A stretch of 64,000 bases of DNA from a virus. The translations under genes and the position numbers were made by a program. How positions within the stretch are numbered: the first letter of the stretch is position 1; every line of letters starts with the position of its first letter. The stretch lies in IMG/VR virus record IMGVR_UViG_3300028586_000750; one strand, written 5' to 3'. This document shows positions 47,299 to 56,730 of this stretch, in pieces. The notes under the pieces are model-generated. The model was not told the DNA's origin. It made no database searches and saw only the letters and a list, made by a program, of their open reading frames with translations.

Positions 47299-47766
47299 GT
47301 GTTAAAAATTTTACGCGCACAACGACAAAGCGCAAGTGAAGAGGGCTTCACTCTTATCGAGTTAATGATCGTTGTGGTCATTATTGGCATCCTCGCTGCT
47401 ATTGCTATTCCAATCTTCGCAAACCAACAGAAATCAGCTATAGCGGCTGGCGTTAAGTCAGATGTTAAGAACACCAACACAAACATCGCTACAGCGCTTA
47501 TTAAAAACCCTAAATCAGATGATGTATCTGCTGATTTTAAAGAGTCAGAAGTTTATAACGGTCACCCTGTAACAAAAACAGAAGCTGACGCAGGAAAAAA
47601 TGTTGTCATTAGCGATACCAGAACAACTATTACAATAGGTGATGGAACCGGAGAACGCATAGCTTGGGACCGCTACATTGTGGTAGGTAAAAATCCTTCT
47701 GTTAGTTCTACGTTCAGTGTTACTTACGACGTAAAAACAGGTAAAACAACAACAGTGGGAGCATAA
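47299..47766 (+). CDS. Type IV pilin-like protein
   Basis: GAGG RBS, GTG start; G|FTLIELMIVVVIIGILAAIAIP. Confidence 0.9.
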   Translation: MLKILRAQRQSASEEGFTLIELMIVVVIIGILAAIAIPIFANQQKSAIAAGVKSDVKNTNTNIATALIKNPKSDDVSADFKESEVYNGHPVTKTEADAGKNVVISDTRTTITIGDGTGERIAWDRYIVVGKNPSVSSTFSVTYDVKTGKTTTVGA

Positions 47767-47767
47767 A

Positions 47768-48322
47768 ATGGTTAACAGACTCAAAAACTTACGTAGTTCA
47801 GGCTCAGAAGAAGGCTTTACTCTCATTGAGTTAATGATCGTTGTAGTGATCATTGGTATCCTCGCTGCTATTGCTATACCAATTTTCGCCAATCAACAGA
47901 AAGCTGCTCAACTTGCTGCTGTTAAATCTGACGTTAAGAACACTGCGTTAGCAATTCAAACTCACGCGACTAAAGGTTTCTACCCAACAACTGACGCTCA
48001 ACTGCAAGCAACAAAAATTAGTGTCAGTGCACCAGGGAATTTTGACCTTACACGCAACAACTATCTAGTATGTACCACTAAAGGCGGCGCTAATACTAAT
48101 GAGTACGCTGTTGCTGCGTTATCTAATGACGGTAAAACTCTTGTCTACTACACGTCAACCGAAGGATTAAAAACTTCTGAGACTATTACCTTAGCTAATA
48201 GCATTGCAGGTTCTTGTGCTCAAATGGGTATCACAGTTGACTCTGCTACAGGTTTTGGCGCATGGGCTTACGGCGGGACAACAACTAAAGCTTGGTACCC
48301 TTGGACTGGAGTAACAGCATAA
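47768..48322 (+). CDS. Type IV pilin-like protein
   Basis: Same N-terminus; Cys pair in the head domain. Confidence 0.9.
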   Translation: MVNRLKNLRSSGSEEGFTLIELMIVVVIIGILAAIAIPIFANQQKAAQLAAVKSDVKNTALAIQTHATKGFYPTTDAQLQATKISVSAPGNFDLTRNNYLVCTTKGGANTNEYAVAALSNDGKTLVYYTSTEGLKTSETITLANSIAGSCAQMGITVDSATGFGAWAYGGTTTKAWYPWTGVTA

Positions 48323-48324
48323 TT

Positions 48325-48804
48325 ATGATTAATAGACTTAAAAACTTACGTAACTCAGGTTCAGAGGAAGGGTTTACCCTTATCGAGCTAATGATTGTTG
48401 TTGTGATTATTGGCATCCTTGCTGCGATTGCTATTCCTATTTTCGCAAACCAACAGAAGGCCGCTATAGACGCTAGTATAAAAAGCGACGTGAAAAATGG
48501 CGTTTTGGCAATTGAAACTTATTTTGCTCAGCATCCAGAAAAGACAACTTTTACTGCTGCTGATTTGTCCGGTCAATTTAAACCAGGCAAAGACACACGA
48601 ATTGAGGTTTGGGGTACCAAAAAAGCTTACTGTGTCATTGGAAGCAACCCAAACTCTGGTTCATACAACTTAAGTCCTGGCGCATCTGGTAATGACCCAA
48701 CTTACTACTTGTATTATAACCTTGAAGGGTACAAGAAAGACGCACAACGCTGGTCTTTTGAAGCCTGTCGTGATGGTTCACCTGTAGTATTTACTACTTC
48801 TTAG
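48325..48804 (+). CDS. Type IV pilin-like protein
   Basis: MINRLKNL start; Cys pair; head resembles 32473-32961 (YC..G.NPN...Y). Confidence 0.9.
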   Translation: MINRLKNLRNSGSEEGFTLIELMIVVVIIGILAAIAIPIFANQQKAAIDASIKSDVKNGVLAIETYFAQHPEKTTFTAADLSGQFKPGKDTRIEVWGTKKAYCVIGSNPNSGSYNLSPGASGNDPTYYLYYNLEGYKKDAQRWSFEACRDGSPVVFTTS

Positions 48805-48882
48805 TAGGCTATGGGAAAAGACACTTAAACTAGGAAAGCTCCTCACCTGATGGTGGGGAGCTTTTTTGGATGAGGCGGGGTA

Positions 48883-49065
48883 TTACCAGCCGGACTTGAT
48901 TGCGTTGCTCTTGGAGGAAGAGCGGGTGCGCTCGCGCTTGGGACGGTTGTCGTGGCTTCCAGCGGCACCAGAAGTGTACTTGGAAACAATTCCGTCGTAC
49001 ATGGGACGGTTTCCCATGTCAGCGAACTTCATGTCCTGCGGCTTGATGTTCTTACGCTTAGCCAT
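48883..49065 (-). CDS. Small very basic protein
   Basis: 60 aa, K/R-rich. Confidence 0.7.
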   Translation of the reverse strand: MAKRKNIKPQDMKFADMGNRPMYDGIVSKYTSGAAGSHDNRPKRERTRSSSKSNAIKSGW

Positions 49066-49204
49066 GATTTCTTCTTTCTTGTTTAATGCTTAGTTTCTTG
49101 GACATTTACAAGTATAGGACAGGTTCCAGAAAATTGCAACATTTCAACCAAAAAACTTTTGCCCTTAACCTGAAACCAGGTTAAGGGCAAAAGTTGTGGT
49201 GCTT

Positions 49205-49528
49205 TTAGCTCATGTACTTGTCAATCATCATGCGAAGTGCCTCCGCGAGGATGATACGCTGGGCGGTCTCGAAGGGGTCAATCCACTGGCCGTTGTCGGG
49301 GTAAGCAAGAGCAAGGGTCATCTTGTTGTCGATGATACCAGTCTCGGTGTCAATCGTCATCTTGCTGGTAGCCTGAACGGTGAAATCGCCCGCGTAGCCA
49401 CCAACCTTGCGAAGAATGGGAGAAAGCGTCTCGGTGTACTGCTCCGTGGCCATAGCGGAAGCTTCCTGCTCCATCTTGGTCAGCGCGTCAGCAATGGTCA
49501 GGTCAGTGGAAGTGGCGGTAAGCATCAT
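49205..49528 (-). CDS. Hypothetical protein, paralogue of 49856-50134
   Basis: PILR...GY.G.F...A.......ETG...N. Confidence 0.75.
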   Translation of the reverse strand: MMLTATSTDLTIADALTKMEQEASAMATEQYTETLSPILRKVGGYAGDFTVQATSKMTIDTETGIIDNKMTLALAYPDNGQWIDPFETAQRIILAEALRMMIDKYMS

Positions 49529-49616
49529 GATTGGTTTTCCTTTGTTTGGGTGGAACCGGCTAATAATTCAAGTATATGAGGTTGGAACCAGAAGCGCAAG
49601 TGCTTTAGGAATTAAT

Positions 49617-49766
49617 TTAGGAAATTTTATCCTGAATGAGTCGAGCAGCGGTAGCTGCCCAATGTCCCGCCTTGAAGTCTGCGCCAGCATCAAGGTAATA
49701 CTTTGCATCATTCAGCAGAGCAATAGCCTTGTCAAGGTCTTCCTGGGTAAGAGCAGTGTCAGCCAT
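49617..49766 (-). CDS. Small hypothetical protein (49 aa)
   Basis: AAGGA RBS; MADTALTQEDLDKAI. Confidence 0.65.
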   Translation of the reverse strand: MADTALTQEDLDKAIALLNDAKYYLDAGADFKAGHWAATAARLIQDKIS

Positions 49767-49855
49767 AATTTTTCCTTATAAGTTGTGAATAACAGTTAAA
49801 TGATTAGTTCAACTGTATAGGATGTTTATTGATTATGCAAGTAGGGGAATGCTAA

Positions 49856-50134
49856 TTAAATGGTTGCGTGCAGGAGGTTATCGAACAGGTTGACAAGCAT
49901 CACTCGCTGGTCAAGCTCAACTTCATCTTCCGTGCCTGCGGGGAATACGATGCTGCTCTTAATCGTGTTCGTGAGAGCACCGGTTTCCTCGTTGAACCAA
50001 GTCTCAGCGACAGCAAGGATTTTGAACTCGCCAACGTAACCGGTGGCGTGGCGAAGAATGGGAGCGTAAATCTCGGTGGTTGCTTCGGTGGTGAAAGCCA
50101 GTTCGTTGCTGACAACGAGTTCCATGGTGGACAT
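49856..50134 (-). CDS. Hypothetical protein, paralogue of 49205-49528
   Basis: AAGGA RBS; shared motif. Confidence 0.75.
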   Translation of the reverse strand: MSTMELVVSNELAFTTEATTEIYAPILRHATGYVGEFKILAVAETWFNEETGALTNTIKSSIVFPAGTEDEVELDQRVMLVNLFDNLLHATI

Positions 50135-50285
50135 TGGTTTTCCTTTAGTTTGTTGTATCTCGCGGTTGAATAAATTTACTCTACCTGATTATGGTCAATG
50201 ATGTAACGCTTTCTTCTAACTTTTTTCCAAATAAGGTAAACTTGATGTTCCGATAGTTTTTGTACCACCAAAAGAATAGGTTAAA

Positions 50286-50900
50286 ATGTCCGCTCAAATG
50301 TACGGTTTTGTTCTTCTTCCCGATCAAACCAATTTACGCAAAATGGTTGAGATAAATAACTCTGTGTTCCCTGCGTCCCCGTTACAATTGGACAAGGAAT
50401 ACACTTTGCCTCATTGCACTGTATTACAAGCCCCTATTCGTAATACCTTTGACTACCAATCTTCCTTAGAGAAATTTGTTGGTTTTTCCGGCTTCAAACA
50501 TGAACCTCGTACTGAAATTGGTACTATGTATCAAGATGGGTATGCTGTTCTTATTGACGTGGATAATGCTCGCTGGTTATCTGACTTTAATGCTTACATG
50601 GTCAGGGAAGTATCAGAATTCATTGATGTTCCGCCTGTGGGAAAAGACACTGTTTTTGAGAACTCTGACCAAGAATTAAGCTACTCTTTAACAGGATACA
50701 AACGTAACCTTGCTGCCTACTCTCCCCATTTCACTATTGCAGTTAACGAGGGAAAAGATAAAGCTAGTTTTGACCCATCTGCTAACACAGCATTAGGAGC
50801 GACAGTACGTTTCCGTAAGTTGGCTTTCTGTAAGCATGGGCAATACGGGAAAGTAGCTCAGGTTATAAGCTCTGTGGATTTACCTTTTCAATGGGATTGA
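50286..50900 (+). CDS. 2H phosphoesterase
   Basis: Two HxT motifs (PHCTV, PHFTI) about 105 aa apart. Confidence 0.75.
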   Translation: MSAQMYGFVLLPDQTNLRKMVEINNSVFPASPLQLDKEYTLPHCTVLQAPIRNTFDYQSSLEKFVGFSGFKHEPRTEIGTMYQDGYAVLIDVDNARWLSDFNAYMVREVSEFIDVPPVGKDTVFENSDQELSYSLTGYKRNLAAYSPHFTIAVNEGKDKASFDPSANTALGATVRFRKLAFCKHGQYGKVAQVISSVDLPFQWD

Positions 50901-51151
50901 TACTGAAAACATCATGCGAATGTTCAGCTAGATGCCAGATTAGGAATATTTTGTCCTGAAAAGGACTAAAACATCCGCAACACGCCGTATTTTTGTGAAT
51001 AAATTGACTTTATTGATAATCATAGTGTATAGTAGACAACTGTAACAAGCTCTTCTGATCTGGTTACTACTTTTGTTTGTTGTTGATTGTTGTAGAAAGC
51101 CCCCGCTATGTTGTAAGCGGGGGCTTTCGTCTTTGTGGAGCACATATTAAA

Positions 51152-51553
51152 TTACTTTTTGATAAGAATGTTAGCTTTCAAAGCAGCGGGAATAGCATAA
51201 GTAGGAAATTCTCTATCGTCTTCATAATGAGTGACGTATGCATTCTTAGTTTGGTTCCACATTACGTAACTACCTATACTGATAAACGAATATGTACGTT
51301 CATCTACGCTATCACCGTAACCTGATGAGTACGTTGTGTAAGTAATTCTTCCTTTGTCTTCGTCCAACTTTAAATTATGCAAGGAAGGAATAATATCTTC
51401 ATTGTTGCGGCTGTACATAGGCGTGTAATGCACATATAGTTCTTTGTGTTGGATTGCCCTAAAAAGCTCTTTTAGGTCTTCTAGATTTTCTATGTGAGCT
51501 ACAGATACACGAGGTAGTTCGTATTCGTAAACAATGTCTGTTTTCATGAGCAC
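51152..51553 (-). CDS. Hypothetical protein
   Basis: 133 aa ORF. Confidence 0.7.
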   Translation of the reverse strand: MLMKTDIVYEYELPRVSVAHIENLEDLKELFRAIQHKELYVHYTPMYSRNNEDIIPSLHNLKLDEDKGRITYTTYSSGYGDSVDERTYSFISIGSYVMWNQTKNAYVTHYEDDREFPTYAIPAALKANILIKK

Positions 51554-51684
51554 CTTACGGTTTAATGGGGGATAACTAGTTTACCATTAACATGACATTT
51601 TATCTAGTATTACTTCTACAAGAAACAAAGACATACATGTATCTACTTAGAAAATTGACATGCTGATATACTAAGTAGAGAACT

Positions 51685-52668
51685 ATGGTCCATACTGCGC
51701 ACAAACTGAATAAGCTATTCCTTGTAGGGTTAGCTGTTCTTGCTGTTGTTGCTTTAACTCGCATATTCTTTGATGCCCAATTCCAGCTTGGTAGTTCACT
51801 TCAAAACTTATTGAGCTTATCCATAGCTGTTATTATTGAGTCCACGCCATTTGTTATTCTTGGTATTGTTCTTTCCGGATTGTTGCAAAAGTTTGTGTCT
51901 TATGACCATGTTGCTCGCTATCTTCCGAAGAATGCTTTCCTCCGAAGAGCACTACTTTCATTAATGGGAGTGTTCATTCCAGTCTGCGAATGTGGAAATG
52001 TTCCTTTAGCCCGTGGATTGATACTTAAAGGGTTTACTGTTCCAGAAGCAATGACATTTTTGCTAGCCGCACCAATCCTTAACCCCTTGACCATTATCAC
52101 TACATACCAAGCTTTTGGTTGGGATAACGGCATTCTTGTCGGACGTATCATTGGTGGATTTGTGATTGCCAACTTGATTGCTTGGTATTTCAGCACTCAC
52201 GCTAATCCTCATGGGTTACTTACCGAAAAGTTTGAAGCTGCATGCAATCACAGTCATGGCATGGGAAAAGACATAAAGTTTTTCAATACGTTTCTTTCCG
52301 AAGTAAGCGTTATTATGCCCACTTTAATTTTAGGTAGTTTCATCGCTGGTGGCATACATGCTTTCGTTCCACAAGAGTTCTTAACACAAGTTGCGTCCAA
52401 CCCAGTTTCTGCTGTGTTAGTGATGATTGTTATGGCTTTCGTTATTGCAATCTGTTCAAACGTTGATGCTTTCTTTGCTCTTTCGTTTGCATCTATTTTC
52501 CCTTCTTACGCAATCCTAGTGTTCCTTCTTGTAGGTCCACTTGTTGATATCAAAATGTTGGCACTATTAAGGACAACATTCAAAACCTCCACTGTTGCTA
52601 CAATAGCTGTTCTTGTAGTGATATTAAGTGTAACAATCAGCTTAGGGGTAAGCACTTTCTATGCTTAA
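51685..52668 (+). CDS. DUF318 (YcgR/ArsP-type) permease
   Basis: ES.PF...G..LS; PVCECGNVPL; FLLAAP.LNP; ICSNVDAF; GP.VDIK. Confidence 0.9.
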   Translation: MVHTAHKLNKLFLVGLAVLAVVALTRIFFDAQFQLGSSLQNLLSLSIAVIIESTPFVILGIVLSGLLQKFVSYDHVARYLPKNAFLRRALLSLMGVFIPVCECGNVPLARGLILKGFTVPEAMTFLLAAPILNPLTIITTYQAFGWDNGILVGRIIGGFVIANLIAWYFSTHANPHGLLTEKFEAACNHSHGMGKDIKFFNTFLSEVSVIMPTLILGSFIAGGIHAFVPQEFLTQVASNPVSAVLVMIVMAFVIAICSNVDAFFALSFASIFPSYAILVFLLVGPLVDIKMLALLRTTFKTSTVATIAVLVVILSVTISLGVSTFYA

Positions 52669-53383
52669 ACAACTTTCTAACCATCGCGGGCTGTTCATCA
52701 TCATGACAGTTTGCTTAGTCACATTGTGGCTTTACTTCGCGGATAAACTTGTGCTGTTCATTCATCCTCGTTATTTCCTTTTCACAGCTATATTTGCTGC
52801 GGCAGGATTGGCATTCAGCATTATTGCTTTGTGCATAAATCGCACACACGATGATCATGAAGAAGATCCTTTAGATCATGAACATCAAAATGACAGCAAA
52901 ATTAAAAACTTTGCCTATTTGGGTATTACAGCAGTAATTATCCTTGTATTTGCTTTGTTTACTCCTTCGAGCTTATCAACGCAGAATGTTAACTTAGCCC
53001 GTGTAAACAACTTCACCTTTGGGGTGAATGACAATGTAGATGTAAGCAACATAGAAAAACTGACTGTCAAAAACTGGTCAACTATTTTGAGCGGCAACTT
53101 GGCATTCAATAATGAGGAAGCTGTAAGTCTTACTGGCTTTGTTGTTCCTATAGATAAAGACAACTTCTTCTTAACACGCTATGTACTTTCATGTTGCGCT
53201 ATTGATGCCCAACCTGTAGCTGTTCCTATTTATGCTCCGAACTGGGAGGCTTCTAACACAGAAGGTGACTGGGTTTCTGTAGAAGGGTCTTTTGAAGAAG
53301 CAACCGTTGATGGATATAGCAACTCTTTGGTACCTTCAACATTAAAAATTATCGATGAACCGGATGAACCTTATGACTATTAA
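52661..53383 (+). CDS. TIGR03943 / DUF1980 (YcgQ-like) permease subunit
   Basis: LFIHPRY; His-rich loop; RYVLSCCAIDAQP; DWVSVEG; PDEPY.Y. Confidence 0.9.
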   Translation: MLKQLSNHRGLFIIMTVCLVTLWLYFADKLVLFIHPRYFLFTAIFAAAGLAFSIIALCINRTHDDHEEDPLDHEHQNDSKIKNFAYLGITAVIILVFALFTPSSLSTQNVNLARVNNFTFGVNDNVDVSNIEKLTVKNWSTILSGNLAFNNEEAVSLTGFVVPIDKDNFFLTRYVLSCCAIDAQPVAVPIYAPNWEASNTEGDWVSVEGSFEEATVDGYSNSLVPSTLKIIDEPDEPYDY

Positions 53384-54443
53384 AGCAAGACGTTTCCTCT
53401 TAGGCGGGATACTCGTATTATGTTTAGCTCTCATAGGAGTATTCATCGCTGTTAACTCACATAAAGCTGACAAAGAAGTAGAGAACGCTTTCCAAAGCAT
53501 GTCAGGTTTTGTTCTTACAGACCAAGGTATTGAGAAGGTTGAACAGAATAGTGACACACTAGAAACAGCAATGGTCTTGGAAAAAGACAATATTGCTTCC
53601 TTTGATGTGGTTGATAACAAAACTTTGGTGTACGAAGTATACGCAAACAAAGAAGATACTTCTAAGTCCAACATTTTTACTTACAACCTTGACACAAAAA
53701 AGTCTGACAATGTTTTTGCAAGCACAGAAACAAACTATTTTTCGAGTCTGCATAGTTTAGACAATGGCCGTTTTGGTGTTCTAGAGACTGATGATATTAA
53801 CAATGTACGTCGTTTGATGATTTTCAATGTATCTACAGGAGTTACTGAAAATTTTGGTTCACCTACCAAAGAGAACTTCATTATTGACTGGATACCATCC
53901 CCTGATGGAAAACATGCTGCTTTCAAAGGTGTGAACGATGATGCTTACGTGTTCAATATTGAAGATGGTACTTCCACATTGATTGGTACCTTCAATAACC
54001 AGTTTGGCTTTCTAGACAACAACACAATTTGGGTGACAAACATTGAAGACGATAAGAAAATGTCGGTGTTTAATATTGCTAGCAAACAGTCTAAAGAAGT
54101 AAAATTCGCAGATGGATTAGTGAACAAAACCTTCTTAAATGGAGCTTTACTTACTAGTTCGCCTACGGAGAAAGTCATTTGGACTACTAGTGGATTTTAC
54201 AACTCAGATACGGCAAGCCAACTGGTTATTGCCACAGATGGAACTGAATATTCTACCATCTACGATTTGACGTACAACGGTTACAAGTTTTTGAGTGTTA
54301 CGCCCTCGTTTGATGCAACAAAACAAATCATGTCTATTGCTTCAACAGATAATTATGAAAACAACGTAATACTTGTTATCGACACTACAACTGGTCAACT
54401 GCTTACTACCTTGTTCGGTAAACAGTTCATCTATACAAGCTAA
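53373..54443 (+). CDS. Membrane-anchored TolB-like beta-propeller protein
   Basis: N-terminal TM; WIPSPDGK propeller repeat; coupled to the permease pair. Confidence 0.7.
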   Translation: MTIKARRFLLGGILVLCLALIGVFIAVNSHKADKEVENAFQSMSGFVLTDQGIEKVEQNSDTLETAMVLEKDNIASFDVVDNKTLVYEVYANKEDTSKSNIFTYNLDTKKSDNVFASTETNYFSSLHSLDNGRFGVLETDDINNVRRLMIFNVSTGVTENFGSPTKENFIIDWIPSPDGKHAAFKGVNDDAYVFNIEDGTSTLIGTFNNQFGFLDNNTIWVTNIEDDKKMSVFNIASKQSKEVKFADGLVNKTFLNGALLTSSPTEKVIWTTSGFYNSDTASQLVIATDGTEYSTIYDLTYNGYKFLSVTPSFDATKQIMSIASTDNYENNVILVIDTTTGQLLTTLFGKQFIYTS

Positions 54444-54455
54444 TTTAAGGTAATC

Positions 54456-54755
54456 ATGGAAACAATTGCTCGTCTTTTTAAGTCTGTCATCGTTGGTGTT
54501 GTCTTTGTTTTGGTGCTGCTCTTCTTCATTTTTGTGGGAGTGTTCGTTATCACCAATGCAACTGATGAAGGTTTCAGCATCCCTTACTTTTTCACTGCCG
54601 TTTCGTCAGAAGGAACTTCTTCATTGTTTAATTTCCAGTTTCAGGTAGACAATGTTTACCTGCTTCCTGCTGTTGCTGTCATAGTTGGAGCTATCTATTT
54701 CTTCTTTGGAAGTAAGAAGCCTGATGCGCACTTGGAAGAAGACATAGGTCGTTAA
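54456..54755 (+). CDS. Two-TM membrane protein
   Basis: AAGG RBS; 99 aa. Confidence 0.75.
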   Translation: METIARLFKSVIVGVVFVLVLLFFIFVGVFVITNATDEGFSIPYFFTAVSSEGTSSLFNFQFQVDNVYLLPAVAVIVGAIYFFFGSKKPDAHLEEDIGR

Positions 54756-54828
54756 TACAGTAAAGAGGCATATTACATTTTGTAACGTGCCTCTTTACTT
54801 TTGTTTAAAATTTTGATAAACTGGAAAC

Positions 54829-55266
54829 ATGATTAGACAGCGTTCCACTTTCTCAGCGTCAGAGTTTTTCTACGCCATTGATTTTTCGCAAACCCGTGAT
54901 TTAAAAGTTCATCATGGGGAACGTGCTGACGGAAGTACCTTCCGTTCAGCTTCTGCACATTTCGCCGCTATCTGGTTTAAGAGGAAAGCTGGTGAAATCA
55001 CCGTTGTCAAAGGAACGCTAAACCACTTCATCAGTTCAAAAGATGATGTTGAGCTTAGCCTTGATAACATTGTTGCGGATGCAAAAGCAACATTTGATGG
55101 TCGTTACGGTGGGCAAGCTGAGTTCCGCTGGAACGGAGTTAACATGTGGGCACCACAACAGGACTTCGTTACCACAAGTGCTACTCAAGCTGAGCTAGAA
55201 TTCTGCCTTCAGACTTTCCCTGAAATTCCTTTTGGCTACACTGGCTGGTACAGCATTAAAGACTAA
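54829..55266 (+). CDS. Hypothetical protein (leaderless)
   Basis: TAAACT + 6 nt + ATG. Confidence 0.75.
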   Translation: MIRQRSTFSASEFFYAIDFSQTRDLKVHHGERADGSTFRSASAHFAAIWFKRKAGEITVVKGTLNHFISSKDDVELSLDNIVADAKATFDGRYGGQAEFRWNGVNMWAPQQDFVTTSATQAELEFCLQTFPEIPFGYTGWYSIKD

Positions 55267-55352
55267 AAGACATAAAGAAGCGCATTCCATTGTTTGCTGG
55301 TGGAATGCGCTTCTTTGCTTTTGCAAATAATTAATATACCGATAGGTTTATC

Positions 55353-55922
55353 ATGGAAACTAAGTTATCATCCAAAATTTTGTACAGTGGTTTACTTAAA
55401 AAGTATGCTGGAAAACAAGCAGCTATTTTAGGTGAAGTGACGATGGAAGACGAAATAGAGCAAGCTCGTTACCGTACTTATCAAGCCCTTCGTAGTCCTT
55501 ATTACAAGAAGGCATATATCAAAAATGGTTTGTCTTTTGACGCTGAGCTACCTGATGATTATGTTCCAACTACTACTCATGTACGTAGAATTGACGCTTT
55601 AGTTTTTGAAGGACCGCAAAGGACAGCAGTTGAAATCAAAATTTCTCGTGCTGATTTCTTTAGAGACACTTTGGAGAAAAGGTCAGCGTGGATGAGACAT
55701 ACTAATAGGTTCGTGTATTTGACACCTAAAGGACTTATTAAGTTAGATGAAGTACCAGATAATTGCGGTCTTTGGGAGTATGACCCTGCTACAAGAAAAG
55801 TCACATCTGTTAAGAACGCGAAGTTGAACAAGGATGTTCAGGATTTTCCTGCTTCAATGGTTAAGTATTTTGCTTGGAGAGCTTTCATCGCAGAAAACAA
55901 AAATGGTCGTTACAATTATTAA
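55353..55922 (+). CDS. MmcB-like PD-(D/E)xK nuclease
   Basis: RRIDAL...AVEIKISRADF.RD..K...W....NRF.YLTP.GLI..DEVP..CGL. Confidence 0.75.
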   Translation: METKLSSKILYSGLLKKYAGKQAAILGEVTMEDEIEQARYRTYQALRSPYYKKAYIKNGLSFDAELPDDYVPTTTHVRRIDALVFEGPQRTAVEIKISRADFFRDTLEKRSAWMRHTNRFVYLTPKGLIKLDEVPDNCGLWEYDPATRKVTSVKNAKLNKDVQDFPASMVKYFAWRAFIAENKNGRYNY

Positions 55923-55989
55923 AAGCTTTGCGTTTGCAGAGTTGTTGGGTTATAGTTAATACAACATCACCCACTGATTTGAAAAGGAC

Positions 55990-56217
55990 ATGAAAATGCT
56001 TGAAGTTGAGAAGGCCAAGAACGACCGTGTTGCACTGGTGGCCATTGGTTTTGGTTCCGCTTACGTTGAGGGAACTGTCACCGAGGTTCACGATGCTGGT
56101 AAGCCTTTCGTTTCCTACACTGTTGCGTGGGATGACAACGAGTACGCTGATGAGAAGTGGGGTGCTGATGAGCTTGATGAGGTCACCATTGGTAAGGTGC
56201 AGGACCACAATCTCTAA
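55990..56217 (+). CDS. Small SH3-like protein
   Basis: G.V.EV......YTV.WDD; AAAGGA RBS. Confidence 0.7.
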   Translation: MKMLEVEKAKNDRVALVAIGFGSAYVEGTVTEVHDAGKPFVSYTVAWDDNEYADEKWGADELDEVTIGKVQDHNL

Positions 56218-56298
56218 ATAGACATATAGGTAACGCCCCGCCAGAATTAACTGGCGGGGCGTTACCTATATGTCTTGGGAAAAGACAAGCTACTCTGT

Positions 56299-56661
56299 TT
56301 ATTCTAATCCCGTAAGTATTTCTTTCTGAATTTTGTAATTGTCAATAAGAAACCTAATTTTTGTAGGAATGATATTTACAGGGCGGGTTACCGGAGCACT
56401 TGCCGCACGCCTTGACATGTCATCGATATGAAACCTATTTGTGTCTAAAACAAGGTCGCCAATGCGTTCATTAGAGGCAATATGTGTCACAGTGAAAACA
56501 AGCGAACCATTTTTATCACGCAAGGTAAGAGCGTTACCTTGTCCTTCTATGATTCGAGAAGCTACAGAAACTGTAACCATGAATCCTTCATTTTTGAAAG
56601 CTGCAATAGCCTCTTTGAGCTTCTTTAGCTCATTAGGACGTATTACTAAATTTGGTGTCAT
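56299..56661 (-). CDS. Hypothetical protein
   Basis: 120 aa ORF. Confidence 0.7.
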   Translation of the reverse strand: MTPNLVIRPNELKKLKEAIAAFKNEGFMVTVSVASRIIEGQGNALTLRDKNGSLVFTVTHIASNERIGDLVLDTNRFHIDDMSRRAASAPVTRPVNIIPTKIRFLIDNYKIQKEILTGLE

Positions 56662-56730
56662 ATTAGCAGTATATCAAATTGTGATGTGTTTTGCAATATG
56701 CTAGTATTGTTACATTATTGAAAGGTTATT

